A DNA stretch of 64,000 nucleotides from Candidatus Latescibacterota bacterium (GCA_965223905.1 CBDCXV010000001.1:1120001-1184000); one strand, 5' to 3'. Numbered from the stretch's first letter, positions 22,181 through 33,357 are shown. Numbers and translations are program-made. Notes: generated by a model not told the origin, from the letters alone.

Positions 22181-25100
22181 ATGGCCGGCGCCGGGCCCTC
22201 TCGCAGCTTCAGCACCCGCTTCGCCATAACGACGCAGCGACCTGTCGCGATCCTGATGATCGTCACCGCGGTCTGCGTCTTCGGCTGGGTTTCCTATCAG
22301 CGCCTCTCCCTCGACCTGATGCCGGACATTGCCTACCCGGCGATCACGGTGCGCACCGAGTTCCCCGGCACCGCCCCGGAGGAGGTGGAATCGCTGGTGT
22401 CGCGGCCCCTGGAGCAGGAGCTCGGCATCGTCCGCCAGCTCGTACGCATCAGCTCGATCAGCAAGGCGGGACAGTCCGACGTCGTCCTCGAGTTCGAGTG
22501 GAACACCGACATGGACGCCGCCTCCCAGAGCATCCGCGAAAAATCGGACCGCCTGCGCCTGCCGGAGGATGCCGAAAAGCCGTTGCTGCTGCGCTACGAC
22601 CCCTCTCTCGACCCGATCATCCGCCTGGGACTGCACGGGCCGCAGACGATGTTCGACCTGCGCCGCCTCGCCGACCGCGAGATCAAGCGCGAGCTGGAGG
22701 CGATCCCCGGGGTCGCCGCGGTCAAAGTGAAGGGCGGCCTCGAAGAGCAGATCCACGTCGATCTCAACGAGCAGCGGATCAGCCTGATGGGGCTGGACGT
22801 CTCGGCGATCAACCGGGCTCTCGATCAGGCCAACGTCAATCTGCCGGGGGGGCAGATGCGCGAGGGGCTGACCTGGTACCTCGTGCGCACGATCAACGAG
22901 TTCCGGACGGTCGACGAGATCCGCCGCCTGATCGTGGCGGAAAAGGAGGGGGCCGAGATCCGGCTCGGGGATGTCGCCACAGTGCACCGGTCGTCCAAGG
23001 ACCGCGAGGTCGTCACCCGGGTCGACGGCCGCGAAAGTGTCGAGATCGAGATCTACAAGGAGGCGGACGCCAACATCGTCAGCGTCGCGCAACGGGTGGC
23101 CAACCGCATCCACGGGCTCCCGGAGCAGCGGCAGTACGTCGCCCGTCTGCAACAGGAAGAGGAGGAGAAAGCCCTCGCCGCATCCGGGGACACAAGCGCT
23201 GCCGGAGACGAGAAAGCCGCGGCGGAGGAAGAAGAAGAGGAGGAGGAAGAAGAGGAGGAGGAAGAAGAGGAGGAGGAGGAGGGTCTCGGGGAGCAGAAAC
23301 GCGCCGAGGCGGTGAAGACGCTCGAGCACCTGCGCATGACGGACTTCATCAGCCACCTGCTGCCCGGGGGGATGGAGATCGAGGTGCTGTCGGACCAGTC
23401 GGTGTTCATCGTCGACGCCATCGACGAGGTGCGGAAGAGCGCCCTCATCGGCGGCGCCCTGGCGATCTTCGTGCTGCTGGCGTTTCTGAGGAAGGTCATG
23501 CACACCCTGATCGTCGGCGTCACCATCCCGGTCTCGATCGCGGCGACCTTCGCGCCGATGTACCTGTTCGACGTGTCGATGAACATCATGTCGCTCGGGG
23601 GGCTGGCGCTCGGCATCGGCATGCTCGTCGACAACTCGATCGTCGTTCTCGAGAGCATCTTCCGCTGCCGCGAAGAGGGGGACGACCTGGTGCGGGCGAC
23701 CGTCCGCGGCACCGGCGAGGTCGGCGCCGCGGTCTTCGCCTCCACCCTGACGACGATCGCCGTCTTCTTCCCCATCGTCTTCGTCGAGGGAGTCGCCGGG
23801 CAGGTGTTCGGCGACATGGCGCTCACCGTGGTCTTTTCTCTGCTGGCCTCACTGCTGGCCGCCCTCTACTTCATACCGATGCTGGCGTCGCGGCGCCTGC
23901 AGCAGGGAAATGGAGACAGTCCCCGGCTGGCGTCCGGCGATTTCCTGCGGCTGCCGGCCCTTGCCCGGGCCCGCGAGGCGATGGCGCCGGGCCCGTTGCG
24001 CGAGAGGGCAGTGCAGGCGGCCCTGATCCTGCCGCAGCTGCTGCTCGACCTTGCCCTGCGGATCCCGCTGGCCGCTGCGGCCCTGGTGGCCGCCGTCCTG
24101 AAGGGAGCCGCCGTTCTGCTGTTCGAAGCGCTCTGGATCCTGCTGAAGCCGGCAGAGGTCTTCTGGATCAGGCCGGAACGCACCCTGCAGGCGTCGTTCG
24201 CCGACTGGGCCCGGGGGAGCCGAATCGGCCCCTGGCAGCCGTTCGAGCGCCTCTGGCCCGACCTGCTCGGGTACGGATCCCCGGCCGCCTTGGCAGGGGA
24301 CGCGGCCCGTCTCGGAGCCTGGATGTGGACGGCGGACCGCAGCGCCGGCAGCCCCCTTCTCCGGCGCCTGGCCCGCGCGCTTCCGGGGGTCGTTGCCTTC
24401 CTGTTTCTGCTGCTGCGCTTCCTGTTCCACACCCTGGTCCGCACAGCCGGGATCGCCCTGCTCGTGGCGCTGCTCCTCGCCGGGCTGACCCTGTTCGCCG
24501 CGGCGACGGCCGCCGGCGTTCTGCTCGCCCCCGTCTTCGCGCCGATCCTGTTCCTGTGCCGGAGGGCCATCGGCCTGGCGCTGCGGGTGTACCCGGTGCT
24601 GCTGGAGTCGGCGCTGCGCCAGAGGTACCTCGTGATGGCCGCGGCCGCGGCCTGCTTCTGGCTCTGCTGGACCGGGCTCGTCCCGCGGCTGGGGACCGAG
24701 CTGATCCCGCAGGTCCACCAGGGGGAGTTCAACCTCGAGGTGGCGCTGCCGGTCGGCACTCCCTTGGGGCGGACCGCGGAGGTGGTGCGGGAGATCGAGG
24801 ATGCCGCCCTGAAGCAGCCGGGTGTCGAACGGGTCGCGACCGCGGTCGGCACCGACAGGTCGGCGTCGTCGAGGTCGGACGAAGGGGAGCACACCGCCAG
24901 GCTGACGGTGAAGATGGTGCCGGGAGCGACCCCGCAAGAGGAGGAGGAGCTGATCGCCCGGCTGCGCCGCGAGCTGGCGGATCTCCCCGAGGTGGAGATC
25001 GAGGTCGCCTTCCCGACAATGTTCAGCTTCAAGACCCCGGTCGAGGTGGAGATCCACGGCGACGACCTGCAGAAGCTGCGGAAGGTGAGCAGGGAGACGG

Positions 25101-26092
25101 AAACCCTGCTCACCGGGCTCGACGGGCTCGCCGACGTCAAGTCGACCCTGCAGTCCGGCCACCCGGAGCTGCAGGTCAGGTACGACCGCGAGCGCCTCGC
25201 CGGGTACGGGCTCAACCTGCGCGAGGTCGCCGAGCTGGTGCGCAACAAGGTGAGAGGCCGGGTGGCGACCGACTTCCGGGAGCGGGAGCGCAACATCGAC
25301 GTCCTGGTTCGCCTGCGCGAGGCGGACCGTCTCAGCGTCGGGGAGCTGGGGCGGCTGGTCGTCAATCCTGGCGGCGAGGTGCCGATATCGCTGGCCTCGG
25401 TGGCCTCGATCGAGATCGCCGAGGGGCCGAGCGAAATCCGCCGCATCGACCAGCAGCGGGCGGCCCTGGTCACGGCCAACATCAAGGGGATCGACCTGGG
25501 CTCGGCCTCCCGGAGCATCGCGCAGGCGCTGCGCAACCACCCCTTTTCCGACGGGTTCGGCTTCCTGATCAGCGGTCAGAACGAGGAGATGGAGACCTCC
25601 CTCGACAGCCTGCTGTTCGCCCTTGCCCTCGCCCTCTTCCTGGTCTACGTCGTCATGGCCAGCCAGTTCGAGTCGCTGCTGCACCCCCTGGTGATCATGT
25701 TCACGGTACCGCTGGCCCTGATCGGGGTGGTCGCGGTCCTGGTCTGGCAGCAGATCCCCCTGAGCGTCGTCGTCTTCATCGGCGTGATCATGCTGGCCGG
25801 CATCGTCGTCAACAACGCCATCGTCCTGGTCGACTACATCAACACCCTGCGCCGCGGCGGCATGGAGAAGGACGAGGCGATCGTGTGCGCCGGATCGGTG
25901 CGCCTGCGCCCGATCCTGATGACGACCCTGACGACGGTGCTCGGCCTGGCGCCGATGGCGCTGGGATTCGGCGACGGCGCCGAGATCCGCACCCCGATGG
26001 CGATCACCGTGATCGCGGGACTGACGAGCTCGACGTTTCTCACCCTCGTGGTCATACCGACGGTCTACGCCGCCGTCGACCGGGGAAGATGA
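22181..26092 (+). CDS. RND efflux permease (AcrB/HAE1 family) with insertions
   Basis: GMLVDNSIVVLE, GIVVNNAIVLVD, RLRPILMT. Confidence 0.93.
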   Translation: MAGAGPSRSFSTRFAITTQRPVAILMIVTAVCVFGWVSYQRLSLDLMPDIAYPAITVRTEFPGTAPEEVESLVSRPLEQELGIVRQLVRISSISKAGQSDVVLEFEWNTDMDAASQSIREKSDRLRLPEDAEKPLLLRYDPSLDPIIRLGLHGPQTMFDLRRLADREIKRELEAIPGVAAVKVKGGLEEQIHVDLNEQRISLMGLDVSAINRALDQANVNLPGGQMREGLTWYLVRTINEFRTVDEIRRLIVAEKEGAEIRLGDVATVHRSSKDREVVTRVDGRESVEIEIYKEADANIVSVAQRVANRIHGLPEQRQYVARLQQEEEEKALAASGDTSAAGDEKAAAEEEEEEEEEEEEEEEEEEEGLGEQKRAEAVKTLEHLRMTDFISHLLPGGMEIEVLSDQSVFIVDAIDEVRKSALIGGALAIFVLLAFLRKVMHTLIVGVTIPVSIAATFAPMYLFDVSMNIMSLGGLALGIGMLVDNSIVVLESIFRCREEGDDLVRATVRGTGEVGAAVFASTLTTIAVFFPIVFVEGVAGQVFGDMALTVVFSLLASLLAALYFIPMLASRRLQQGNGDSPRLASGDFLRLPALARAREAMAPGPLRERAVQAALILPQLLLDLALRIPLAAAALVAAVLKGAAVLLFEALWILLKPAEVFWIRPERTLQASFADWARGSRIGPWQPFERLWPDLLGYGSPAALAGDAARLGAWMWTADRSAGSPLLRRLARALPGVVAFLFLLLRFLFHTLVRTAGIALLVALLLAGLTLFAAATAAGVLLAPVFAPILFLCRRAIGLALRVYPVLLESALRQRYLVMAAAAACFWLCWTGLVPRLGTELIPQVHQGEFNLEVALPVGTPLGRTAEVVREIEDAALKQPGVERVATAVGTDRSASSRSDEGEHTARLTVKMVPGATPQEEEELIARLRRELADLPEVEIEVAFPTMFSFKTPVEVEIHGDDLQKLRKVSRETETLLTGLDGLADVKSTLQSGHPELQVRYDRERLAGYGLNLREVAELVRNKVRGRVATDFRERERNIDVLVRLREADRLSVGELGRLVVNPGGEVPISLASVASIEIAEGPSEIRRIDQQRAALVTANIKGIDLGSASRSIAQALRNHPFSDGFGFLISGQNEEMETSLDSLLFALALALFLVYVVMASQFESLLHPLVIMFTVPLALIGVVAVLVWQQIPLSVVVFIGVIMLAGIVVNNAIVLVDYINTLRRGGMEKDEAIVCAGSVRLRPILMTTLTTVLGLAPMALGFGDGAEIRTPMAITVIAGLTSSTFLTLVVIPTVYAAVDRGR

Positions 26093-29000
26093 AAGAGACG
26101 CACCGGTACCTCATCCCGCGGCTGAGCGTCACCCGGCCGGTGACGGTGGTGATGATCCTCCTGGCGCTGCTGGTGGTCGGCTCGATCGCCTACGTGCGCA
26201 CCCCCCTGAGCCTGGCTCCCCAGGGGTTGGAGGAGCGCTGGCTGGGAATGTGGATCAACTATCCGAACGCCGGGCCGATCGAGGTGGAGCAGAAGATCGC
26301 GCGCAAGGTCGAGGAGGCGCTGGCGACGGTGCCGCGGATACGGAGGATCCGCACCTCGAGCGAGCGCAACGGGTGCTGGACGAGCGTCAGCTTCCGCCAG
26401 GAGGCCGACATGCGGGAGGCCTACAACCAGATGCGCGACCGCGCCGACCGCCTGCTGCTCGAGCTGCCGGACGAGGTCGACCATATCTGGATGCGCAACT
26501 GGGATCCCGACGATTGGCCGATCCTGTGGATGGGGTTGTACCTCGACGGGGAGTACGCCGATCCGCAGCACCTGCTCGAGACCTACGTCCGCCCGGAACT
26601 GCAGCGCATCGACGGCGTCGGGCAGCTCGAAATCTGGGGGGGCCCGGGCAAGGAGGTGTTCATCTACACCGACCAGGAGAAGGTGAGGAGCCACCGCGTC
26701 GATCTCTACCGGGTCGGCACCGAGCTGGCCTCCCACAATTTCACCATGCCGGCAGGCTACGTGCACGAAGGGGGCAGGAAGCTGCTGGTCCGCTCCCTGG
26801 CACGCTTCGAGAGCGTCGAGCAGATCCGCCAGCACGTCGTCGATCCCGAGCACGGCCTGCGGCTGCAGGACATCGCCGCGGTCGGCCTGGTGCCCCGCCC
26901 CAGGACCTGGTTCAACCGCATCAACGGGGTCGAGTCCCTCGGCTGCGAGATCCTGCAGACCGCCGAGGCCAACACCGTCGAGGTCGCCCGGGCGGTGCGC
27001 GCCAGGCTCGAGGAGCTAAAGACCCGTCCCCGGCTGAGCGGCTTCGACTACGAGATCTTCTGGGACATGGGCCGGCAGATAACCGAGTCGGTCGAGAACC
27101 TGCGCAACACCGGGCTCTGGGGCGGGCTGTTCGCCGCCGGGGTGCTGTTCCTTTTCCTGCGCGCGGTGCGCATGACCCTGATCATCACCCTGGCGATTCC
27201 GCTGGCCCTGATGATTTCGATAACCGCCATCTTCTTCCTCGGCTGGACCCTTAACCTGATAACGATGATGGGGCTGATGCTCAGCCTCGGACTGGTGGTC
27301 GACAACGCCATCGTCATCGTCGAGAACATCCAGCGCAAACGCGAGGAGGGGGTCGAGGCGCAGGAGGCTTCCATCACCGGGGCCGGAGAGGTGGGGCTGG
27401 CGGTGACCATGGCGACGCTGACGACGGTGGTGGTCTTTCTGCCCCTGATCCTGATGAGCGACAGCCTCGAGTTCTCGTTCTTCATGTTGCGGCTGGGAAT
27501 GCCGGTGATCGTCGGGCTGCTGGCCTCCCTGTTCATCGCCCTCGCCATCATTCCCCTTGCGGCGCTGCGCCTCTCCACCGGGGGGAAACGCCGCGATTCG
27601 CGGCTGATTACCCGCACCCGCGACGCCTACGTGCGCTGTCTCGAATGGGTGCTCAATCACCGCATCGAGAGCACCATCCTCGTGCTGGCGGCGATGGCGA
27701 CGATCCAGGTTCCGATGGCGGGGATGGAGCGGACGGACCGCTCGAGCGAGCACCGGACCGACCTGTGGCTGGGGTTCGACATGCCGGAGGGGCAGACCCT
27801 GAAGCAGGCCGACAGGTTCATCGGCGGCGTCGAGGACACCCTGATGAACCACAAGGAGGAATACAACTTCCGGGTCCTGGAGACATGGTCGCGCAACTCG
27901 CGGGGCCGCATCCACATGATCCTCAACGAGAAGGAGAACAACGCCTGGTACGAGGTCGCCTGGGACAACCTGCTGAAGGCCTTCGGATGGCGGCTGTCGC
28001 CGCACCTCGGATACGAGGAGATGGTGGAAGACATCAAGAAACGGGTCGTCCTGCCGGCCGGCGTGCAGATGCGGATCAACTGGCGCCGCGGCGGCAGCGG
28101 CGACGCGGCCGTCGCCATCAACCTCTACGGCGAGGACACCGAGGTTCTGCTCGGCCTATCCCGGGAGGTGGAGCGCCGGCTGCGGCGCATCCCCGGGCTG
28201 CTGTCGGTGCAGACCGACATCGACCGCGGCAGCACCGAGCTCGAGGTGCGGCTCGACCGCGGGCAGGTGCAGCGCTACGGAATCGAGCCGCGCCAGATCC
28301 CGGGGGTGATCTCCTACTCCCTGAGGGGCCACGACCTGACCAGGTTCCGCACCGAGGACGGCCGCGAGGTCGACGTCCACTTCCAGCTCGAGGAGGTCGA
28401 CCGCCAGGGCATGCACCAGCTGCGCAACACCACCTTCTTCTCCGACGAGGGGGCGGAGATCCCGCTGGAGTCGCTCGCCTCCCTGTCCGTCAACAAGGTG
28501 CTCGGCAGCATCCGGCGCGAGAACAGGCAGACGGTGCTGACCGTGACCGCGACGGCGACCAGCAAGGAATCGGGGGAGCTGTTCGGGCAGATCGACGAGG
28601 CGATGCAGGGGTTCGAGATGCCGCGCGGATACCGCTGGGACAAGGGGGCCCGCTACGAGCGCATCGAGGAGACCGACGCCTCGCGGCAGTTCGCCCTCCT
28701 GCTGTCGGTCACCTTCGTCTTCCTGCTGATGGGGGTGCTGTTCGAGTCGTTCATCCTGCCCCTGTCGGTGATCGTCGCCATACCGTTCTCCTTCCTCGGA
28801 GTCTACTGGACCCTCTACCTCACGGACACGGCGTTCGACATGCTGTGCGGCATCGGCGTCGTCATCCTCGTGGGGGTGGTGGTCAACAATGCCATCGTCC
28901 TGATCGATCTCGCCAACCGCCTGCGAGCCGAGGGCAGGGACCGCTTCGAGGCTCTCGTCGAGGCGGGCCGGCACCGCTACCGCCCGATCCTGATGACGAC

Positions 29001-29256
29001 CTTCACGACGGTTTTCGGCCTGGTCCCGATGGCGGTCGGCAACGCCGAGATGATCGGCATGCCGTACGCGCCCCTGGGCAGGACGATGATGGGGGGGCTG
29101 CTGGCGTCGATGGTGCTGACCCTGCTGATCGTGCCGCTCTGTTACACCTTCTTCGACGACCTGCGTCAGTTGCTCCGGGCCGTCGCCTTCTCCGCGCGCT
29201 CCCCCGATACCGGGGAGGGGGGTGACCGCGTGCCGGACAGGGCCGGACCGAATTGA
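26089..29256 (+). CDS. Second RND efflux permease
   Basis: ATG overlaps upstream stop; GLVVDNAIVIVE, RYRPILMT. Confidence 0.92.
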   Translation: MKETHRYLIPRLSVTRPVTVVMILLALLVVGSIAYVRTPLSLAPQGLEERWLGMWINYPNAGPIEVEQKIARKVEEALATVPRIRRIRTSSERNGCWTSVSFRQEADMREAYNQMRDRADRLLLELPDEVDHIWMRNWDPDDWPILWMGLYLDGEYADPQHLLETYVRPELQRIDGVGQLEIWGGPGKEVFIYTDQEKVRSHRVDLYRVGTELASHNFTMPAGYVHEGGRKLLVRSLARFESVEQIRQHVVDPEHGLRLQDIAAVGLVPRPRTWFNRINGVESLGCEILQTAEANTVEVARAVRARLEELKTRPRLSGFDYEIFWDMGRQITESVENLRNTGLWGGLFAAGVLFLFLRAVRMTLIITLAIPLALMISITAIFFLGWTLNLITMMGLMLSLGLVVDNAIVIVENIQRKREEGVEAQEASITGAGEVGLAVTMATLTTVVVFLPLILMSDSLEFSFFMLRLGMPVIVGLLASLFIALAIIPLAALRLSTGGKRRDSRLITRTRDAYVRCLEWVLNHRIESTILVLAAMATIQVPMAGMERTDRSSEHRTDLWLGFDMPEGQTLKQADRFIGGVEDTLMNHKEEYNFRVLETWSRNSRGRIHMILNEKENNAWYEVAWDNLLKAFGWRLSPHLGYEEMVEDIKKRVVLPAGVQMRINWRRGGSGDAAVAINLYGEDTEVLLGLSREVERRLRRIPGLLSVQTDIDRGSTELEVRLDRGQVQRYGIEPRQIPGVISYSLRGHDLTRFRTEDGREVDVHFQLEEVDRQGMHQLRNTTFFSDEGAEIPLESLASLSVNKVLGSIRRENRQTVLTVTATATSKESGELFGQIDEAMQGFEMPRGYRWDKGARYERIEETDASRQFALLLSVTFVFLLMGVLFESFILPLSVIVAIPFSFLGVYWTLYLTDTAFDMLCGIGVVILVGVVVNNAIVLIDLANRLRAEGRDRFEALVEAGRHRYRPILMTTFTTVFGLVPMAVGNAEMIGMPYAPLGRTMMGGLLASMVLTLLIVPLCYTFFDDLRQLLRAVAFSARSPDTGEGGDRVPDRAGPN

Positions 29257-29341
29257 CGATGGTACGGCCCCCGGCTAGATTCGACGAATCGGCAGCAGGA
29301 ATCAGGAACAGACAGGGATCGCAACAAGGCAAGGAGACGGA

Positions 29342-29944
29342 ATGGCCGAGCAGGAATCGGAGCTGATCAGGAACCTCGAGGAGAGGAGCATAGAGCACTC
29401 CCTGCTCAAGGCGCGCCGCATCTTCCTGTGGTCGAGCGTCGACGACGACTCCGCCAAGGGGGTGGTGACGCGCCTGCTGTCCCTCGACTCGGAGGATCCG
29501 CAAAAGGAGATCGTCCTCTACATCAACAGCCCCGGCGGGTCAGTGCACGACGGCATGGCGATCTACGACGCCATGCAGGCGATCACCGCACCGGTCTCGA
29601 CGGTCTGCACCGGGCTGGCCGCCAGCATGGGCGCGGTGCTGCTCGCCAGCGGCCGGAAGGGCCGGCGCTTCACCTGGCCCCACGGGCGCATCATGATCCA
29701 CCAGCCGAGCGTCATGGGCACCATTACCGCGCGCGCCACCGATCTCGACATCCACGCCAAGGAGATCATCCGCATGCGGGAGGAGCTCAACCGCCTGCTG
29801 GCGGACCACACCGGGCAGGAGGTCGCCAAGATCGCCGCCGACACCGACCGCGATTACTTCATGTCGGCCGAAGAGGCGGTCGAGTACGGCCTCGTCGACG
29901 AGATCGTCTCCTCGACCTCGCTGCCGGCCCCCAACGGCAAGTAA
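29342..29944 (+). CDS. clpP: ATP-dependent Clp protease proteolytic subunit
   Basis: YINSPGG, AASMG, IMIHQP, DTDRD. Confidence 0.96.
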   Translation: MAEQESELIRNLEERSIEHSLLKARRIFLWSSVDDDSAKGVVTRLLSLDSEDPQKEIVLYINSPGGSVHDGMAIYDAMQAITAPVSTVCTGLAASMGAVLLASGRKGRRFTWPHGRIMIHQPSVMGTITARATDLDIHAKEIIRMREELNRLLADHTGQEVAKIAADTDRDYFMSAEEAVEYGLVDEIVSSTSLPAPNGK

Positions 29945-29967
29945 CAGCTTCGGGAATCGGGTTTTCG

Positions 29968-29999
29968 CCGCCGGTCCTTTCAGGGGCCGGCGGTTTTTT
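29968..29999 (+). terminator. Rho-independent terminator between clpP and mutM
   Basis: CCGCCGGTCCT-TTC-AGGGGCCGGCGG hairpin followed by T6. Confidence 0.75.
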
Positions 30000-30808
30000 C
30001 ATTTCTGGCAGGAAGGGCAGTAGAAGCTGCTGCGCCCGGAAAGGGTGAGGCTGCGGACCGGCCGCTCGCAGACCAGGCAATTGTCTCCGGCGCGGCCGTA
30101 CACGGCGAGCCGCTGCTGGAACCTGCCGCCCGCCCCCGACCCGAGGTAGTCGCTGATCGTCGTTCCCCCCTGGGCCACCGCCTCGCTCAGCACCTCGACG
30201 ATCTTCTCCGCCAGCAGGGCGCAGCGCCGGCGGCTCAGGCGATGGCAGCGGGTCGCCGGCCGGATCCCCGCCCTGAAGAGGGCCTCGCTCGCGTAGATAT
30301 TGCCGACTCCGGCCACGACCCGGCTGTCGAGAAGCAGCGACTTGACCGGGCGCGTGCGGCCCCGGCAATGCCCGTACAGGAAGTCCCCGTCGAGTTCCCC
30401 TTCCAGCGGCTCGAGGCCTAGCTCGTCGAGGTAGCGGCAACGCTCCAGTTGACGCGGCCCGAGGGCGAGCAGCATCCCGAAACGGCGGGGATCGGCGAAT
30501 ACCAGCGGCGGCCCGCAGTCGAGATCGAAGGCGACGTGGTCGTGCGGCTGCCTGTCGCTGCGGAAGAGGAGGTTGCCGGTCATCCCGAGATGGATGACGA
30601 GGGTCGCCTCGCGGTCGAGGGGGAGCAGCAGGTACTTGGCGCGCCGCTCCGCGGCGGCGAAGCGGCGGCCCACCAGGCGCCCGAGGCGGCGGCGGGGCAA
30701 CGGCTCGCGCAGCCGCTTGCCGGAGCACCAGACGCTCTCGATGCGGCGGCCGACGAGGTGGACCTCCATGGCCCGGCGCACGGTCTCTACTTCGGGGAGC
30801 TCAGGCAC
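29999..30808 (-). CDS. mutM: Formamidopyrimidine-DNA glycosylase
   Basis: MPELPEVE, HLGMTG, GVGNIYASE, C-terminal Zn finger. Confidence 0.97.
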   Translation of the reverse strand: MPELPEVETVRRAMEVHLVGRRIESVWCSGKRLREPLPRRRLGRLVGRRFAAAERRAKYLLLPLDREATLVIHLGMTGNLLFRSDRQPHDHVAFDLDCGPPLVFADPRRFGMLLALGPRQLERCRYLDELGLEPLEGELDGDFLYGHCRGRTRPVKSLLLDSRVVAGVGNIYASEALFRAGIRPATRCHRLSRRRCALLAEKIVEVLSEAVAQGGTTISDYLGSGAGGRFQQRLAVYGRAGDNCLVCERPVRSLTLSGRSSFYCPSCQK

Positions 30809-30839
30809 TATGGTCCGCGGCTATGGCGCGTGGGGCGGA

Positions 30840-31619
30840 TCAATCCGGGTTGAGCATGTGGATGACGTTGAAGAAGGCGCCCTGTGGATCGACGAGAAGG
30901 GCGAAGCGCCCGACCTCCGGTATGTCCGTCGGCTCGAGATGCACCTTCCCGCCCGTTTCCCTTGCCTTTGCCGCGATGGCGTCGACGTCGGCGACGGCCA
31001 GGTAGACGGCCCAGTGCGGGGGAACGTTCTCCATCTCATCGGTGATGGTGAAGATGCCGGCCGCCGCCCGGCCGCGGTTGCGCAGCATGGTGTAGGGGAC
31101 AACGCCGTTGTGCGTCACTTGGACGGTCCAGCCGAACAGGTCGCAGTAGAATTTGGCGGCCGCTTCGGGGTCCCTGGTCAGCAGCTCGTTCCAGCAGAGG
31201 GAGACCGGCTCGTTGGCGATCCCGGCCCCGGTCTGCCGTCCGGCCTGCCAGGGCTGGAAGATCCCGCCGGTCGGATCCTGGACGATCGCCATGCGGCCTG
31301 CTTCGCCGGCGTCGAAAGGCTCGACGAGCACGGTTCCCCCGAGGCCGGACGCCTTCTCAGCGCACTCGTCGGCGCTGGCGACGGCGACGTAGCTGTGCCA
31401 GAACGGAATCTCCGGCAGGTCTTCCCGGTGGAATATGCCGGCCACCTGGTGCTCGCCGCTGGAGGCGACGTGGTAGGAGTTGCCCTCCCCCGGCATCGGC
31501 ATCTCCTCGAAGCTCCAGCCGAACAGGCCGGCGTAGAACTTCGTGGCGCCGGCGGTGTCCGTCGTCGACAGCTCGATCCAGTTGAAGGTTCCCGGGGGGT
31601 ACTCGGTCATCAGGCTCAT
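30840..31619 (-). CDS. VOC/glyoxalase family protein (two domains)
   Basis: Duplicated W.EL...FY..LFGW and DP.G motifs. Confidence 0.9.
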   Translation of the reverse strand: MSLMTEYPPGTFNWIELSTTDTAGATKFYAGLFGWSFEEMPMPGEGNSYHVASSGEHQVAGIFHREDLPEIPFWHSYVAVASADECAEKASGLGGTVLVEPFDAGEAGRMAIVQDPTGGIFQPWQAGRQTGAGIANEPVSLCWNELLTRDPEAAAKFYCDLFGWTVQVTHNGVVPYTMLRNRGRAAAGIFTITDEMENVPPHWAVYLAVADVDAIAAKARETGGKVHLEPTDIPEVGRFALLVDPQGAFFNVIHMLNPD

Positions 31620-32055
31620 CGGTCTCCTCTGTGCTCCATATATGGCAAATGCCTTTGGTGGTTGCCGCTTCCCGCGGCGAAAGATTCGAATGGTACGACC
31701 GGCCCTCGCGCCGGGGCAACTTCCCGGTCCTCAGGTTCGCGGCTCAGCTGCGGCCACCTCGACCCTGGGTTTCGGGAGAAACGACTCCCGGCACTTCAGT
31801 TCCGGCTCTGCTTCCGCCACCCGTGGGATTTGGACAACTGTCGGCGCGCCGCCTGGGAGTTCACGGGCAACCCGGCAGGAACCCGGCCTGGTGCCATACG
31901 GAACCTCCGGGCCGCGTGCCTTCGGAGCCCATCCGGAATCGGACATCCAGGCATCGCATGGATCGGCGCGCGGGCTGGCCGTTCTCTTGTCGCTACGCGC
32001 GGCCCCTCGTTTCTTAGTCTCCCCCAACCAGACAACGCCACAGGAGAATCAGGAA

Positions 32056-33357
32056 ATGGACCTTACCAGGCAGCCGCCCCGGCGGCCCTCCAACCTCGGC
32101 GTGGCCGGCATCGTCGGGGCGGCGCGCATGACGGACAAGGCGCGCGCCTCCAAGGAGGAGCTGCTCGGGGAGTACAAGTATGGCAGGGACTCCGGCCTCG
32201 ACCGGGACGTCCTCGAGTTCATCGGCATGGAGGCGGAGGACTTCGTCGAGCGGGCCGTCGAGCTCGACGACGCCGCCCTTGGCGAGCTGGTTCTGCAGAA
32301 CGCCGGCCGCCGCGCCGAGGAGATCGGCGCGTTCAACCGCTACCGCCTGGAGCAGACGCCGCAGGACGAGCTGCACGAGCGCCTGCTCGTCGAAAGGATC
32401 GCCAGGTACGCTCCGGGGAACACCAGCATCACAACGGTCTTGCAGTCGATGGAGCTCGACGACTGGGGGGCCTTCCGCGACAGGGACCTGACCGCACGGC
32501 CGCCGCGCACCCCCTATCTGCGCAGCGTCGCCGGCATCGCCGGGGCCGCGCGCATGGCGGACAAGGCCCGGGCGGCCAGGTCGGGAAACCCCGGCGAGTA
32601 CCGCTACGGCCACGTCTCCCCCCTGGACCGCCGCATTCTCGAGACCCTCGGCATCGCCGAGGAGGACTTCGTGGAAGGGGCGTACGAGAACCCGAACGAC
32701 GACGAGCTCAGCGAATGGATCGCGGCGCGCAGCGAGGTCTCGAAGGGGGCGATCTCCATGCTGAACGGCGAGCTGTGCGACATGGGGATTCGCACTCCCG
32801 TGCTGGGGAAGCGGTTCGTAAAACGTCGCGGAGAGATCTGCCCGGACCGCCTCGACGTCGAGACCTTCTTCGACCTGATCGACATCGACGACCAGCAGAG
32901 CTTCGGCATCGTCGACCTCACCCGGCGGCCGCCGCGCAGCCCCTACGACCGCAGCATCGGCGGGGTCATGGGCCTGGCGCGCATGCTCGACAAGGCGCGG
33001 GCCTTCGCCAGCGGCCACCTCGGGGAGTACTACTTCGGCGACGACTCCGGGTTCGACCGCTGGGTGATGGAGCTTCTCGGCCTCACCCAGGAGGAGGTGG
33101 TCGGCGCCGCAAGAGAACACGCCACCGACGAGGCGTTCGCCGCCTGGCTCGGAAGCCGCCTCGACAGGAGCGAGGCGGAGATCGCCGTGCACAACGAGCG
33201 CCTGTCGGAGTACTCGCCGGGCAACGAGCGCCAGGAGAGGTTCTTCGCGAAAGCGATCGCGAACCTCGACCGCAGCCGCACCGACATCCGCACCTTCGCC
33301 GCCCTGTCGCTTCTCGACGACGCCATCGTCTTCGCCCGCCTGCACGCCGGCACCTGA
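32056..33357 (+). CDS. Protein with three tandem DUF5069-like domains
   Basis: DLT..PPR ... ARM.DKARA ... GEY.YG ... D repeated three times. Confidence 0.8.
   Translation: MDLTRQPPRRPSNLGVAGIVGAARMTDKARASKEELLGEYKYGRDSGLDRDVLEFIGMEAEDFVERAVELDDAALGELVLQNAGRRAEEIGAFNRYRLEQTPQDELHERLLVERIARYAPGNTSITTVLQSMELDDWGAFRDRDLTARPPRTPYLRSVAGIAGAARMADKARAARSGNPGEYRYGHVSPLDRRILETLGIAEEDFVEGAYENPNDDELSEWIAARSEVSKGAISMLNGELCDMGIRTPVLGKRFVKRRGEICPDRLDVETFFDLIDIDDQQSFGIVDLTRRPPRSPYDRSIGGVMGLARMLDKARAFASGHLGEYYFGDDSGFDRWVMELLGLTQEEVVGAAREHATDEAFAAWLGSRLDRSEAEIAVHNERLSEYSPGNERQERFFAKAIANLDRSRTDIRTFAALSLLDDAIVFARLHAGT

Noticed and set aside
22498-26088. N-terminal half of the 2252-aa ORF
   Set aside because: Off-frame shadow over the first RND gene; the real protein starts at ATG 26089.
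31620-32055. Possible ncRNA or riboswitch in long intergenic regions (also 11718-12012 and 34955-35314)
   Set aside because: No recognisable conserved RNA motif by eye; an Rfam scan would be needed.
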